Source of the DNA: Adineta vaga
Lineage: Eukaryota; Animalia; Rotifera
DNA: 64,000 nucleotides
Direction of reading: 5' to 3'
Assembly (NCBI GenBank): GCA_021613535.1
Contig: CP075496.1
Span: 14,136,001 to 14,200,000, forward strand
How positions within the stretch are numbered: the first letter of the stretch is position 1; the number at the start of each line of letters is the position of its first letter. The notes under the pieces are model-generated. The model did no database searches and was not told the DNA's origin. It saw only the letters and a list, made by a program, of their open reading frames with translations. The position numbers were made by a program, and so were the translations under genes. Of this stretch, positions 1-14,254 are shown piece after piece.

Positions 1-1335
<1,335 letters not shown>

Positions 1336-1427
1336 GTTTTGTTTATACTTATCTAGAAAAGAACGAGAAACGGATGTTTATTTCATTTTTTAACGCGTTT
1401 TTAAACAAAAAAAAACGACAAGAAATT

Positions 1428-3561
1428 TTAAGTAACACGAAGACTTTGAAGATGTGCTTGAGTTGAATGTAATGCCTGTTCATGTAATTGTTTCTGTTCT
1501 TCTTGTTTAAAAGCAATTTTCGTTGCTTTTTTAATAATTCGTCGATCCTAAATGAAAGGATTTGAATTTTCAAAAAGAAAAATAAATTTTCGTTTTTTTA
1601 CTTTTCGAATTTCTTTCACTGCGTGTTTTCTCGCACGTCGTTCTTCACTTGTTTCTCCTTTTTTTCTTTCAAATATCATTGATTTTGTATTATTATCTTC
1701 TTCATCATCATCATCATCATCTTCTTCGTCTTCTTCTTCTTCTTGATTGGTATTACGTTGTTCTTTTATTGAGATTTTATTATTATCAGCTAATGGTAAA
1801 CCAGTTTTTCTCGATAAACGAATTCTATTTGTTGGGATTTGTGTAATTAGTTTCGGATGATTGTAAAGATTTGAATATGTTGAAAGAATACTTTGACAAT
1901 CCCATTTATCATCAGCTTTTTCATCATCTTGAAGCGTTAGAGTTGTTACTGCTTCCGGTTCATTTAATAATCGTCGTGCTAATCGTTTCGTTTTTTCAAT
2001 TGCGATTTGTTCAATTTTTTCATCACTACAACAAATTCATAAGATAATATCACAGTATGACATGAAAAGATTCTAGGACAAATCCTGTGGAGTATAATTA
2101 GCTCAACAGAATGTCAGTTGGAAGTTTTGTATGAAAAGAACATAACGATTCGAACTAACATTGCACGTTTAACAATCTTTTGTTTGAATAGCGTCACATC
2201 TCCCAATTATATTCTGTTCTACGTATAACTATTTCGAAAAGAAATAGTAAAGATCAATGCGTACATTTGTATAAGAAAGAAAGAAAGAAAGAGAAAATAT
2301 TGTTGCATTCATTAGGTAGCTTAACTTCAAATGAGTTAGAAAAGCATTTGAATCTTACGTTTGCATTTGTTGTTTTTCGAAGTGTTGAATCGTTTGTTTA
2401 ACTAAATCATCTTCAATCGACGCACCTTCTTGATTAATTTGTTGTGAATCTAATGCTCCGATTTCTTCATCATCATATTCATCAAACACTTTATCAAAAT
2501 GATCATCAATATTTTGTAAACCTTGATTTCTTCTTATAACTGATGATGTCATTGAATAATTTGTATATTTTGTTTTTGATGTTTGTCTATCATCATCATT
2601 ATGTGAATAATTTGATTCCATATCTGCATCATGATCATCGTCATCATCGTCATTGAGAAAACGTCTTAATGCAAGTGGAATTGGTTTATTTGTTTTGGGA
2701 ACGAAGAGTGGTGGAATAGTTGTTGGAAGATTTTCTTGAGCAATTTCATCTCTATTGAAGAAAAGGATTTGATGAGGAAAAAGATAAATCAATTTGATTT
2801 ACTCGAATTCGTCACATTCGTTTTCATCAAGTGGTTGAATTCCATTTGCTTTTAACATAAAATCATCATCAAGAGTATTTTCGCCATCTTCATAATCGTA
2901 TTCATCATCATCAAGTGCAGCAATAACATCTGGATCCCAATGAATTTTTGGATCTAAAATCAACGAATTGATTGATTAATAAAAGATGTTTTTCTTTTCA
3001 AGAAATCTTTACCAGAATCTGGTGCTGCAAGATTTAACATTCCAATTTCATTTGTTGTTTTACTTTCGAATACAGTTGATGGAAGATTAAAACGTGACAT
3101 TAACTAAAGTAAAAAACTCCTTTTTCTCTCAATCTTTCTTGTCATTAAATTATTCATACATGATCATTATCTTTATCATCATCTTCATCTTCATCTTCAT
3201 CTTCATCTTCGTATTCATCGTCATCATCATCATCTTCTTCTTCAATTTCATTTGTTTTTTTATCAACATGAACAGAATATTCTTCAGGTGGTGCACATGG
3301 ATCACGTAAATGTTGTAAATAATCATAATCATCATCATATTCGATTCCATATTTAAGTTGTTCAGCTTTTCTTTTGTCAGTCTAAATAAATCTTTTCGAA
3401 ATATAATAGAAATGATTAAAAACGAAGAAATTTACATTAAGTGGAACAAGTACATGTTCACCAGCAGTATCATCAGCAATCAATGGATCATGTTGACTAC
3501 GATGCACTAATTGAAATGTTATTGCCTTTTTTTTATCAATAAATTTTCGACGTTGAGGCAT
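1428..3561 (-). CDS. LTV1: LTV1 40S ribosome biogenesis factor (multi-exon)
   Basis: Starts MPQRRKFIDKKKAITFQLVHRSQHDPL. Contains YSMTSSVIRRNQGL and WDCQSILSTYSNLYNHP, and ends RRIIKKATKIAFKQEEQKQ...SLRVT* (TAA at 1430-1428). These match LTV1 family motifs. Confidence 0.92.
2109..2264 (-). ncRNA. Candidate intronic box H/ACA snoRNA-like RNA in LTV1 intron
   Basis: Lies in an unusually long intron (2026-2358). Hairpin 1 has the stem ACUAUUUC/GAAAUAGU with UACG/CGUA at its base; ANANNA hinge at ~2215-2207; hairpin 2 closed by UUGGGAG/CUUCCAA; ACA at 2114-2112. Confidence 0.35.
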
Positions 3562-4134
3562 TTTTTTCGATTATTATTAACGATTATCTAGAAAAAATAA
3601 GATCAGGACATATAAGTACATCCAATAGTTTATGTTGCAATTGTAATGTATAAATAAAAAAAACTTCTTCGTTTTGGATTCCATTGTCATACGATTAGTT
3701 TATTTCTTGATTCAATACATTAATAAGATGATAGAGGGCGCTTCTTATTAGAATCTTGAAAAGACAATATCTTCATCTGAGAGTTTCCTTTGCCTAAATT
3801 GCAAATAGACTATCGGTTTAAATTTAAATGAAACTATCTATTATTCTATGTTTATTGACTTTTCTCAAAATAGGATGATATTACAATAAATACGAAATAA
3901 ATCATCCTATTTTTCAAATAATTTTTGTCAGGTTCTGTAAATATTTACAATCGCGATATAATCATCAGATTTCGTTTGACTAAGTACACCTGAAAACTGA
4001 CATTTCATCTATTAATACGAGTAATATTCAATTTTCTTAATCATGTAACAATTTTCGAGAGAAAAAAGACGCGCGATTCTAAATTTTTGTTTTTTCAAGC
4101 GAATTATTGTTTTTTCGTCAAATCGATCTTCTCA

Positions 4135-4359
4135 ATGTATTCAATGACTAATCAATACAATCGTCAATTATCAAATTCATCCATAGATTCTATTGGAAAA
4201 GAATTCGAATCATTAAAATGTATTCCCATCCAACAAGAAAGTTTATTTAACGGAACTTTTATTCAATATTATCAATGTTCAAATAATAATAATCGAGTTA
4301 ATTTAAATGTTAAAGTTGAAATTACACAAGATTCATCACCTATTCGACAATTCAAATAA
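4135..4359 (+). CDS. Small orphan ORF (74 aa), possible gene
   Basis: ATG at 4135, open to TAA at 4359 with an overlapping AATAAA; divergent from LTV1; no recognisable domain. Confidence 0.3.
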   Translation: MYSMTNQYNRQLSNSSIDSIGKEFESLKCIPIQQESLFNGTFIQYYQCSNNNNRVNLNVKVEITQDSSPIRQFK

Positions 4360-4587
4360 ATACATTTTTTCTAAAGTTGTTGTTTTATAAATCAAATTCA
4401 TAAAAAGAAATGTGCTTTGTCAAAGAATGTTGATATATTCGTTGAAAACATTGTTAATCATCCTTTGATAGTATCCATGATAAACTAAGTCAAATAAAAC
4501 ACTTATATTATTTTGAAATTTTGTTTCTTAAAAAAGACAAAATTCATCTAACCTGACTTCAACCTCTATTTATGTTTGCTTAAGGAA

Positions 4588-7500
4588 TGATTTCATCTTG
4601 GCATTCTTTCTTTTTTTTTCACTTATATATTCTTGTCATTCTGATATTAGGTGAAGTAACAAACAATTTTACCTTTCGTTTTTTTCTCTGTTTTTTTTTA
4701 TTACTAAAACATATTTCTCTTTTACTATTCTACACGTGTTGACAGACTTGTATAGACACATAAATATAACAAGAAATCCTTTTTTTTCTCTGATAACGAT
4801 TAAGTATTCATAATTTACATTTACAGTTTCTTAAACTACTGACATTCAACAAACGATTTTACAATCCTTGTTTTCGATTCCTATAAGTTATTCAAGCTGA
4901 AATTACGATCATCTTCAGATAGATTTTATTATGAGTATAATTATTCAAAGGTTATGGACGATAATACAATTGATGATCTTGGTAAAACACGAATTCAATA
5001 CAGAAGAATTTGAACTATGTCATACTTTTTTTAAATTTTAGGTAACTATAAATATGGATGTTGTATTATCAAATGATTCGACTATCACTAGTTCAAGTAT
5101 TTCATTCTTATTTTTACTAATTTTTTGTTACTTCTCCGTAATCATTTCATAAATAGGCATTTCAGAGACTCTGAGCACAGACATCACATATACTAGCACT
5201 GATACATTTAGTACTATTGAAACCACAACTGAAGAACTTACTACTACTGAATTGCCTACTACTACTGAATTGCCAACTACTACTGAATTGCCAACTACTA
5301 CTGAATTGCCTACTACTACTGAATTGCCAACTACTACTGAATTGCCAACTACTACGATGAAACCTAGTAAATCATTCATTCCTTTTCCTATATAAGTTTC
5401 TTAATTCTTTTCGAAATTTCCTTTTATAGTTGATCTATGTGCTAATCGAACAATTCAAGATCTTACTGTAGTAAAACGATCACCAGACATGTTTACAGTA
5501 CTTATTGCATACAAATGTAATTTTACAAATCAATATAATTTTACAATATCATATAATGACACATCAGCTAACTGCAATGAACCTGATGAACTTATGAATC
5601 TTACTGGAAATATCACTTTAAATGTGAGTTGTAGTAACATTCAAGGTAAAGCTGGTCGCAACTTTGCATTTGAACTACAACGAGAGTCAATAGAAAGTGG
5701 AACATTCATTGATCGACCGATCAATATAACGCTTGAACCATTACATCTCAATACAACTATTCATAATGTGACAGTTGATAATAGTTTAACATCAGCATCA
5801 ATTATCGTACGAAATTGTTCGAAAATAGCCGATCTCAAATATCTTGTTGTGCGATGTAATAGTTCCGATATGTCAAATATTTCACTTGGAACAGATTGCA
5901 TACACACCTGCTTAAATCTGGAACCGGGTTCCGAATACAATGCATCATTAGTTCGATTACCAATTCCAATAGCTGATAGATACGACAATTTTACAGAAGA
6001 AAATCTACCCATACACGTTACTATAGGTAAAAAGATTATTGATGATACTAATTTGATCTAAAAATTTTACTATCTTCTTATTCTGTATTATTAATTACAT
6101 TAGACCTTGATAAAGCAACGAACTTAAGTGGTATGTCAAGAGAAAATGATTCTGCCGTACTTAGGTTTACATGTCCACGTGGAAATTTCGATGAGATTAT
6201 TGTCAATTGTACTGCAAGATAATAAGTGTCTAATCAAAAGCGTCTATTTGAAAACACAAACCAATACTTGTTCTAATCCCGCTTCACTGTCATTACACAA
6301 CATGACCGCAAAAGTGGGATATAAATGTCAAATTCTCACAAAAAAATTCGGATTTTGCGATGTTCTGTCAAACATAACTGAAATTCAAACAGGTAAGATC
6401 AAAGATATTTCCATAACTGAACTTAATAGAATTGTAATTCTTATCTGTTTAGAACCACAAAGTATTACGTACAAATTACTTAGTACGTCTAACGAAAGTT
6501 TAATGAATTTTATTGTTAATCCGAATAATGATTTCGAGAAGATTGATTTAACTTGTACGGTAATTGATGATCATTCAAATGATTGTAAAGATCTCACAAA
6601 AATAACTGAAAATTGCACAACCAGTTTACAATTGAGGGGAACTCGTGGATGTGATTATGATTGTTTCTTTACAACAACAAAAGTAAACTATACGAACATT
6701 ATTTCAGAACATTTCAATTATTCGATTTGTGAGTTTTCTTTTCTTCGTTTTGATCATCAAGTTGCAAAAAAATTAATTTTATATGGATTTAGATCCTCCA
6801 GAACCAGAGATCACAAAATTTAAATCAGGAGCTCGATGGATATCTATTGATTGGATGATAAATGAGATAGCAAATATTCAATCATTCAATATTATCAGTA
6901 ACGATACGATTGAGAATCGAAATGAAACAACATTCTTAACGAATCGAACAAATTTTTCACATACATATAGAACGAGCATCATGCCATTTAGAAGGCAAGT
7001 AAAGTTGTATTCTTTATATTAACTCATCGATCTATTTATCCTATTTTAGTTATATACTTTCTATTGAACTTATTTCTAATCAGAATGTTTCATCAAACAA
7101 TATTACAATAAAAACATTACAAGAATGTAAATACTTTATTTCATGTTTTATATTCTATAGAATTTCTTCTTCTTATTTTTTTTTGACAGCGCCTCCTAAA
7201 CCAAATCCTTCAGATATAGAATCAAAACTTGTTCCAAAAACAAATCATCCATCATCATCGTATGATCAGTTTGTCATTGAGATAGATCCATCATTATTTT
7301 CTGATGATTATGGTCCTATAGAAAGATATTTCATCTATGTTCGGAAAGGTAGAAAATTGTTTTTCATCTTTTCAATTTCACATCTGTATTGATAAAAAAT
7401 ATAGATCGAACTCAAAATTCCTCGGAAATAGTTTTGAATGGAACATATGATGAAGCAAAACATAATCAATCGATTGATTATTTAGCCGCTGCATTGTCAA

Positions 7501-9908
7501 TAGGTTCTTTAACAAGAACTGGTGAGTTTAAGTTCCTACATTGAATTTGACAAACCCAAATTCTATGATCTTATTGTTTTTCTCCTAGTTTAGCTAGGAA
7601 CAATATCAGTATCTTACTTGGAAATGAAACACAATGTGAAAATGGATCTGCAATTTGTAACGGTCCATTAGAACCATCCACGTACTATAAGTATGTTCTC
7701 GATATTTTTTTGTTGAATATTTATCTCGAAATTGAAATGAGTAGTGTAATTGTCAGTGGTTGTAATAATGCCAATTGTACCAATGTTCTATCGAGAGCAT
7801 TTCAAACAGGTGATTAATGACACTGTGTTTTGAGTTTACTAAACGGTAGTTTCATATCAATTAAGGAGTAAAACCATCACCACCATCAAAGCCAGCATAT
7901 TGGTTGTTGGTATTTGCTGCTTTGGGACTTGTGGCTATTGGTCTACTTGTATGGAAACGAAAACTAGTGAAAGAACTCATCAATAAAAATGTTAGCAAAT
8001 ACAAAAAGTAAATGATTTTTAAATATAAAATATAACTTTACAATATAGTTTATTTTAGAACATCAAGAACATCTCGGTAAAAGACATCAAACTTTTATCT
8101 ATAACATTGACATAACTTATTCTACCTTTGTAGTACTACATCCATAGAATTTCAATCTTTTGAGCCAATTATTCCAAGAAGAAGGTAAATCGTTTTTCGT
8201 TATTTTCAAGATAAATAATTTTCAATTAATTGATTCTAGACCAAAACCACTTCGTAAATATATCAATATGTCCAGTGAAGATGAAAGAGCAATCTATAAA
8301 GAATATCAAGTGCGTTAAAAGTTTCATGGATTCATTGAAATTATTGAAATTTTTCTTCAATAGGAATTAGATAATGAAGCTCCACCCTATCGTCAATCAG
8401 ATTATGATCCAGAATATTCAACTCGTAATCGATATGCTAATATTCCTGCTCGAGGACCTTGTAAGCGCTCGATTCTCTTCGAAAACGAAATTTCTCAAAC
8501 GTTTCGTATATATTTATAGGGAATAAAACAGCTGTTCGATTGAATGGTGATGATCGTTTTGATGATTATATTAATGCCAATGAAATTCGTGTAATTTGAA
8601 TTATCAATGAACAATTTTCGAAAAGAAAATTTTTTCTATGTTATCAAATTTAGGGTTTAAATAATGAAAAACATTACATTGCTTGTCAAGGTCCATTACC
8701 AGATACTTGTCAAGATTTTTGGGAAATGATTATTCAGTATCATGTATCGAAAATAGTCATGTTAACAAGAACTGAAGAAAAAAATCCTCATAACCCTTCA
8801 CAAACATTAGTAAGTGTCAATATACATGAAGAAAAAGAGAAATTTCTTTTTGTTTGATGTTGTGTTTTTAGCAAAAATGTTCCCGTTATTTTCCGAGAGA
8901 TAAAGGAGATACATTACAATATGGTAAAATTACTGTTCAAGTACTCGAAGTTGATACTCGAGCATGTGCTGATCTAGAAATTCGTCTTATTCTAGTTAAA
9001 GATGTAAATATTCTTTTTGTTTTTCTATGAAAGTCACTAGTAGAAATGATGTTTTGATTAAGGATCAATCCGAACAACGAATTCATCATTATTATTTTAC
9101 TGGTTGGCCGGATTTCGGTGTTGTTGATATACGAAAACTACTTGAACTTCTTGACAAAATCAATAATCATGGACAGAAACCAATGTTGAAAGATAGAGCA
9201 TCACATACACCAATTGTTGTTCATTGCAGGTAAGAAGAAAAAGAAGAAGAAGAAGAGAAAACAAAGTTATTTTTGTTTTATTTTAGTGCGGGTGTTGGTC
9301 GAACAGGAACGTATATAGCCGTAGATATGCTTACACAATTGATTAATCAAGCAGGAGATAAATTACCAAATATGGAACTTGATGTAATGGGTATTGTTTC
9401 TAAGCTGCGAGAAGATCGAGTAAAAATGGTTCAAACAAAGGTTTGTTTTATTTATCTAAAATCAGAATGGTTCTTTTCTATGGAAGTATTTTTATTAATA
9501 AATAGGATCAATATATGTTAGTTAATCGTTCTGTCGAAGAACATTTAAAACGAATTAATCGATTAAACGATGGTAAATTCTTTTCATTTCTTTTCTTCTT
9601 ACGTTTCTTTCTTTATTTCTTTAGTTTTACAAGAGTCAAATGAATATGAAAGTCCCACATATGTATCTCCGGCTACTATCGACAGTATCTATTTGAACGA
9701 AAAGTCAAATACAAATAATTTTCATGAGCGATCATCATTGAACAAAACGAATAAAAAAGAACGTGATTCTTCCTCATCGTACAATCGTCGTCGTGAATCG
9801 ACTAGTACTCAACGACGATCAAAACCTGAACAACCTTATGAACATTATTATGGTGACGTAGATGATGATAAAGCACCACCGATTCCCGATCGAAATAGTT
9901 CAAAATGA
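4588..9908 (+). CDS. Receptor-type protein tyrosine phosphatase (single PTP domain, R3-like), many exons
   Basis: Hydrophobic N-terminal exon at 4588 (start uncertain); TTTELP mucin repeat; Cys/N-glycosylation-rich FN3-like ectodomain; TM AYWLLVFAALGLVAIGLLVWKRK (~7896-7964). PTP motifs NRYANI, DYINAN, YIACQGP, DFWEMI, WPDFGV, HCS|AGVGRTG and MVQT. Apparent frameshift at ~6215. Confidence 0.92.
5239..5355 (+). repeat. Coding 18-bp tandem repeat (ACTACTACTGAATTGCCW, ~6 copies; TTTELP)
   Basis: Directly visible. The antisense 'VVVGNS' ORF is its shadow. Confidence 0.95.
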
Positions 9909-11056
9909 CAATCATATAAAATGTAAACTAAATTTTTTATTTTTTCGAAATTACTTGTTTTTCCGTTTTTTTATATAATAATTGTGTTATTTAAAATAAT
10001 GATTGATCTAATAAAATAACAAAGATAAATGTTAGAAAAATTTTCTCTTGAGCATTTATGAGACATATTTATCTTTACAATATTCGTATATTAACTATGT
10101 GAAATGATTTCTTTTGAAGCAAAACATGTATCTGCCTCGCTTGCTGAATCTGTCCATTGACTGAAAATCGAAAATAATGATAACAAACAATTTTATCAAC
10201 TTTGTTTAATTTTGATCCATTGAAAAGTATTTATTTACATCAATCATTTCTTCGTCCACAGAATTCTCATAAATTTTTCTTGTTGATAGGAATTGTTTTT
10301 GACAAAAGTCAACTGAAGAAGAAAATCAAATATTTTTATTCATATTATACACGCACAAAGAATGCAAATCAGATTTACGTTTGTATACAAGAAATCTCAC
10401 TTTAATTTAAATGGTGTTTCCAATTGTACATGTATTAGTACTTACAAAACGAATACTTTCATAAGTATAATAAATAAACTCATTTCTTCTAATAACAATA
10501 TCCCGTACTTCATCTTTGTCGTGATCATTAACAAGGTGTAAAGTTGAATGTGATAAAGTATCGATTGAAAGTATTGTTTATAACAGAAAAGTTTTATTTA
10601 TATTCCTTGAAAACTATCAATACTATCTGCAATCCGAAATTCTCTATATCAATAATGAAATTAAAAAAACAACAAGAGTAAACGGTAGAAGAACACCGCT
10701 GAGGTCATATGGCTTTTGTTTTCTAAGACAGATAATGTGATTTTTATGTTGCTAGCATTACTCTTATCAAACATTTGATAACAATAAGGATGAGAAAAAG
10801 TATTCCTATTAGATATTCATATATTTCAAATGCAATGAAAATGTACAAATAAAACAGACAATTTTTTTACATTTGCACAAGAAAATATTCAATTATAACA
10901 ACAAAGTTCTATGCAATACAAAATGAACATAACTATTGGTATGAACAAACAGTGATGACCAGAAAAAAATCTATTCAATCTATATGAGATTTACAAATTG
11001 ATAGATGAGTTGTTTTTCCACAATTTGTTTGCTGTATTTGTTTAATCATGTGTTTC

Positions 11057-11539
11057 CTATAGAATATTCCTATATGTTTGTCGACGAGCGTGCTCTACTT
11101 TTTCTTCTTCGTCTTGTGCCCGAGTCAGCATACGATTCAAACGCGCATTCCATACGAGATAGAAACGATTAAAATAGAATGTACCTAAAACAAAATCAAC
11201 AGGCAATTCTGGTATTAAAATAGGATGGCCCCATGCTATCAATTTAAAAGTAACAGGATTAATTGATATAAATGTTGTTTCACATCGTCGGTAAATATGA
11301 GTAGTTGGAACGATATCATTGAGTGAGGAACCGGGCAGATGTCGAGGTGGTACGTCGTCGATCTCTAGTCCAAGACGTTGTCGCATCGATTCACTAATCA
11401 ACGAACATGTATTCCCTGGCAGCCAAAATACATTTGATATTTGAACACGATGGACATCGGACAAGCTAATAAAACCACTTTCAGCATTTCTCTGATCTCT
11501 TGCGTTACTGATGATTAAATTAAAATCGATGGATTGCAT
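11057..11539 (-). CDS. Intronless bacterial-type clan AA (retropepsin-fold) protease homolog, catalytic DTG replaced by LPG (copy 1)
   Basis: IISNARDQRNAESGFISLSDVHRVQISNVFWLPGNTCSLISESMRQRLGL resembles the bacterial aspartyl-protease N-terminal pattern (N.xDxxxA.xGxI...V.....NVLVDTGA...L...LGL). C-terminal DFVLG matches the retropepsin hydrophobic-LG motif. Confidence 0.6.
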   Translation of the reverse strand: MQSIDFNLIISNARDQRNAESGFISLSDVHRVQISNVFWLPGNTCSLISESMRQRLGLEIDDVPPRHLPGSSLNDIVPTTHIYRRCETTFISINPVTFKLIAWGHPILIPELPVDFVLGTFYFNRFYLVWNARLNRMLTRAQDEEEKVEHARRQTYRNIL

Positions 11540-12048
11540 TTATTCGAGGTATTAAATTCAAATGACGTCATAAATCTGAAAGAAAAGAAAGAGATTTGTA
11601 TACGTATAAGTAGGTATATATGGAAATAATCTTATGTTTAATAGAGTCTTTTTCAAGCTAGAACAGTAGTGGCAGCTTCACACTGATACACCCTTCCATT
11701 GTCAGCCACTCACCCTTGAAGAACGTAGCTGACATCATATGCTTTTATTTGTTTTCTAAAAATAATGTTATTTTTTATGTTCCTATTCTCACTTTTATCA
11801 AATATCAAATAGAAGTAGAGATGAAAAATAAAACTATTTCACCTGATATTCAATTATTTCAAATAAAATGAAAATATTCAATTACAACAACACGTTTTGA
11901 TACAATACAAATTGAACATAATTATTGGTATGAACAAACAATAATGACCAGAAAAAACGATTTAATCGAAAAAATGTACTTAATGTATTTGAGATTTACA
12001 AATTGATAGATGAATTGTTTTTCCACTATTTGTTTAATCATGTGCTTT

Positions 12049-12531
12049 CTATAAAATACTCCTATATGTTTGTCGACGAGCGTGCTCTGCTTTTTCTTCT
12101 TCGTCTTGTGCCCGAGTCAGCATACGATTCAAACGTGCATTCCATACAAGATTGAAATCATCAAAATACAATGTGCCTAAAACGAAATCAACAGGCAATT
12201 CGGGAACTAAAAGCGGAAATTCAAATGATAGCATTTTAAAGGTGACAGGATCAATTGATAAATATATATCTTTACATCTTCGGTAAACATGAGTAGTTGG
12301 AATGATATCATTGAGCGCAGAACCAGGCTGATCTCGAGGTAATATTTCGTCGACCTCTAGTCCAAGATGTTGTCGCATCGATTCACTAATCAACGAGCCT
12401 GTATTCCCTGGCAGCCAAAATACATTTGATATTTGAACACGATGGACATCAGATGAGCTGATAGAACCATTTTTAGCATTTGTATGTTCTTTTGCGTTAC
12501 TGATGATTAAATTAAAATCGACGGATTGCAT
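12049..12531 (-). CDS. Intronless bacterial-type clan AA protease homolog, catalytic DTG replaced by LPG (copy 2)
   Basis: 160 aa paralog of 11057-11539 with an intact frame of the same length. Confidence 0.6.
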   Translation of the reverse strand: MQSVDFNLIISNAKEHTNAKNGSISSSDVHRVQISNVFWLPGNTGSLISESMRQHLGLEVDEILPRDQPGSALNDIIPTTHVYRRCKDIYLSIDPVTFKMLSFEFPLLVPELPVDFVLGTLYFDDFNLVWNARLNRMLTRAQDEEEKAEHARRQTYRSIL

Positions 12532-13814
12532 TTATTCGAGGTATTAAATTCAAATGACGTCACAAATCTGAAAGAAAAGAAATAGATTTGTATATGTATA
12601 AGTAGGTATATATGGAAGTATTCCTATCTGGCTATGTTTTCTTTTTTTTCCTATAAAGTGCAGCGATCTAAACACACGTGATTACATAAGTATATTCAAC
12701 TTATTCGATATTTTATCTCTGCAAATAAAATCAAAAGTAAGAATAGTCTTTGATTCTTTATAAGTTAGCTTTTCTGTTTACCATATCGATACACATGTTT
12801 GAATGTTGAAAGCTTTTAAAGTGTAATACATAAGTCTTTTGATAAAATATCTGACTAAATGAATGACAGTGCTTTTTGCATATATCTTTGATATCTTGAG
12901 ATCGTCCTAAAGATATCTGATTATATGATAATCGTACGGAAGGATATAATAAATAATATCAAACAATATGCAAAACGGAAAATTCGTTCGGTGAAATCAC
13001 TTTATGATTTTACAATGTTTTCTAGAAACTCTATATATAAAATTCTGTGAAATATTTTGTCTTATCAATTTGCTCTTCAAAAACTATGCTGTCATGACTC
13101 ATGTAGCTGGTTTTTTATTTGATTTTAAGTTAATCAAATTAGAAAAATCATAGCAACTTAAAACGAAATCTGATTATGTATAGATTCAAAGAAAAATATG
13201 AAGGATAAAGATTTTCTATTTTCACTTATCTTGTTGAATGATCGGAAATTTCATTATATAATTTATGTGAAAAGAAAAGCATTGTTCCATCATTCAAAAT
13301 AAAATCGAAAAGAATTTCAAAAAAAATAAATCACATAGTGCATTGAACATGAAATTTCGTATGAATTGAATATATTGACATTGAAATGTTGATTAATATT
13401 AATAAATCCGAACAGGAATTTAAAAAACCGAATCAGTTCAATTAATAAACGAAATTTTTCGTATAAAGGAAACAATCTTTTTGAATTTAAATAAAAATGA
13501 ATAATATTTTAATTGATAAATACATGCTTTGAACTAAAGAATAAATAATCGAAGAGTATCACGGGTTAACTGATAATTTAAATGAATAGAATATCTAAAA
13601 TTAAGAAAATTCGAACTTATTCAAATAAGAATTATTGATCCTGTTCAATATGTAATCAAGAAACTAATCTAAAAATAAAAGATAAGAGTTATGAGCTAAA
13701 AAAAAGTGTTGTAAATGAACAATACCTATTATCAATGAGTCTTTTTGCGATTTTTTTTATGAAAAATTACACATGTATGATTCTATTTCGTTTTCTAATT
13801 GAAATTCGTAGATT

Positions 13815-14254
13815 ATGGCTGGTGTTAAAACAAACGAAGAAAAATGGTTGGAGATAGTGTGTGTTTGACGAAGAAATCAGATGCAGAAAATAAAAAGAAG
13901 GGTTTATTAGCTGCTACTGATGTAAATATGATTAATTTAACAATTAAAATCGATACAGACTGTACAGAATTAGCATTGACTACAGCACTTGTTGAGATGT
14001 TAAAGTTGGAATATGTTGATACAGTGGAAGTATCATCTAGTACCGACAACAATGTTCCAATAAACCGTTATGGACCGTTGGTCATTTTCTGGAAGGAGTT
14101 GATCTATGATTGTAATGCTTATTGTATGCCATCATTAGATGCACCATTATTAGGTTTAAAACCATTACTTCAATTCAAACCAGATTTTGAATGGGCCAAT
14201 AATACTGTAAAACTCAGTATTTTCTCATTTCCTCAAAAACAATGGAGGAAGTAA
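13815..14254 (+). CDS. Intronless bacterial-type clan AA aspartic protease homolog (DTD motif)
   Basis: IKIDTDCTELALTTALVEMLKL...Y...CNAYCMPSLDAPLLGLKPL fits the DTG...LGL...PLLG.PL layout of prokaryotic clan AA proteases. The ATG at 13815 is out of frame by one GT unit at ~13860; an in-frame ATG lies at 13844. Confidence 0.65.

Larger units (their letters stand above)
10690..12620. repeat. Tandem segmental duplication, ~1 kb period (~10690-11625 and ~11715-12620)
   Basis: CDS, 3' flank and the 5' acceptor region align between the copies (e.g. tttattcgaggtattaaattcaaatgacgtca at ~11540 and ~12532). Confidence 0.95.

Noticed and set aside
5239-5355. Regular short repeat resembling a CRISPR array
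   Set aside because: No unique spacers; it is an in-frame coding TTTELP repeat in a eukaryotic gene.
11057-14254. LTR retrotransposon as source of the retropepsin-like ORFs
   Set aside because: No gag, RT, integrase, LTRs or primer-binding site nearby; the N-terminal insert resembles stand-alone prokaryotic proteases.
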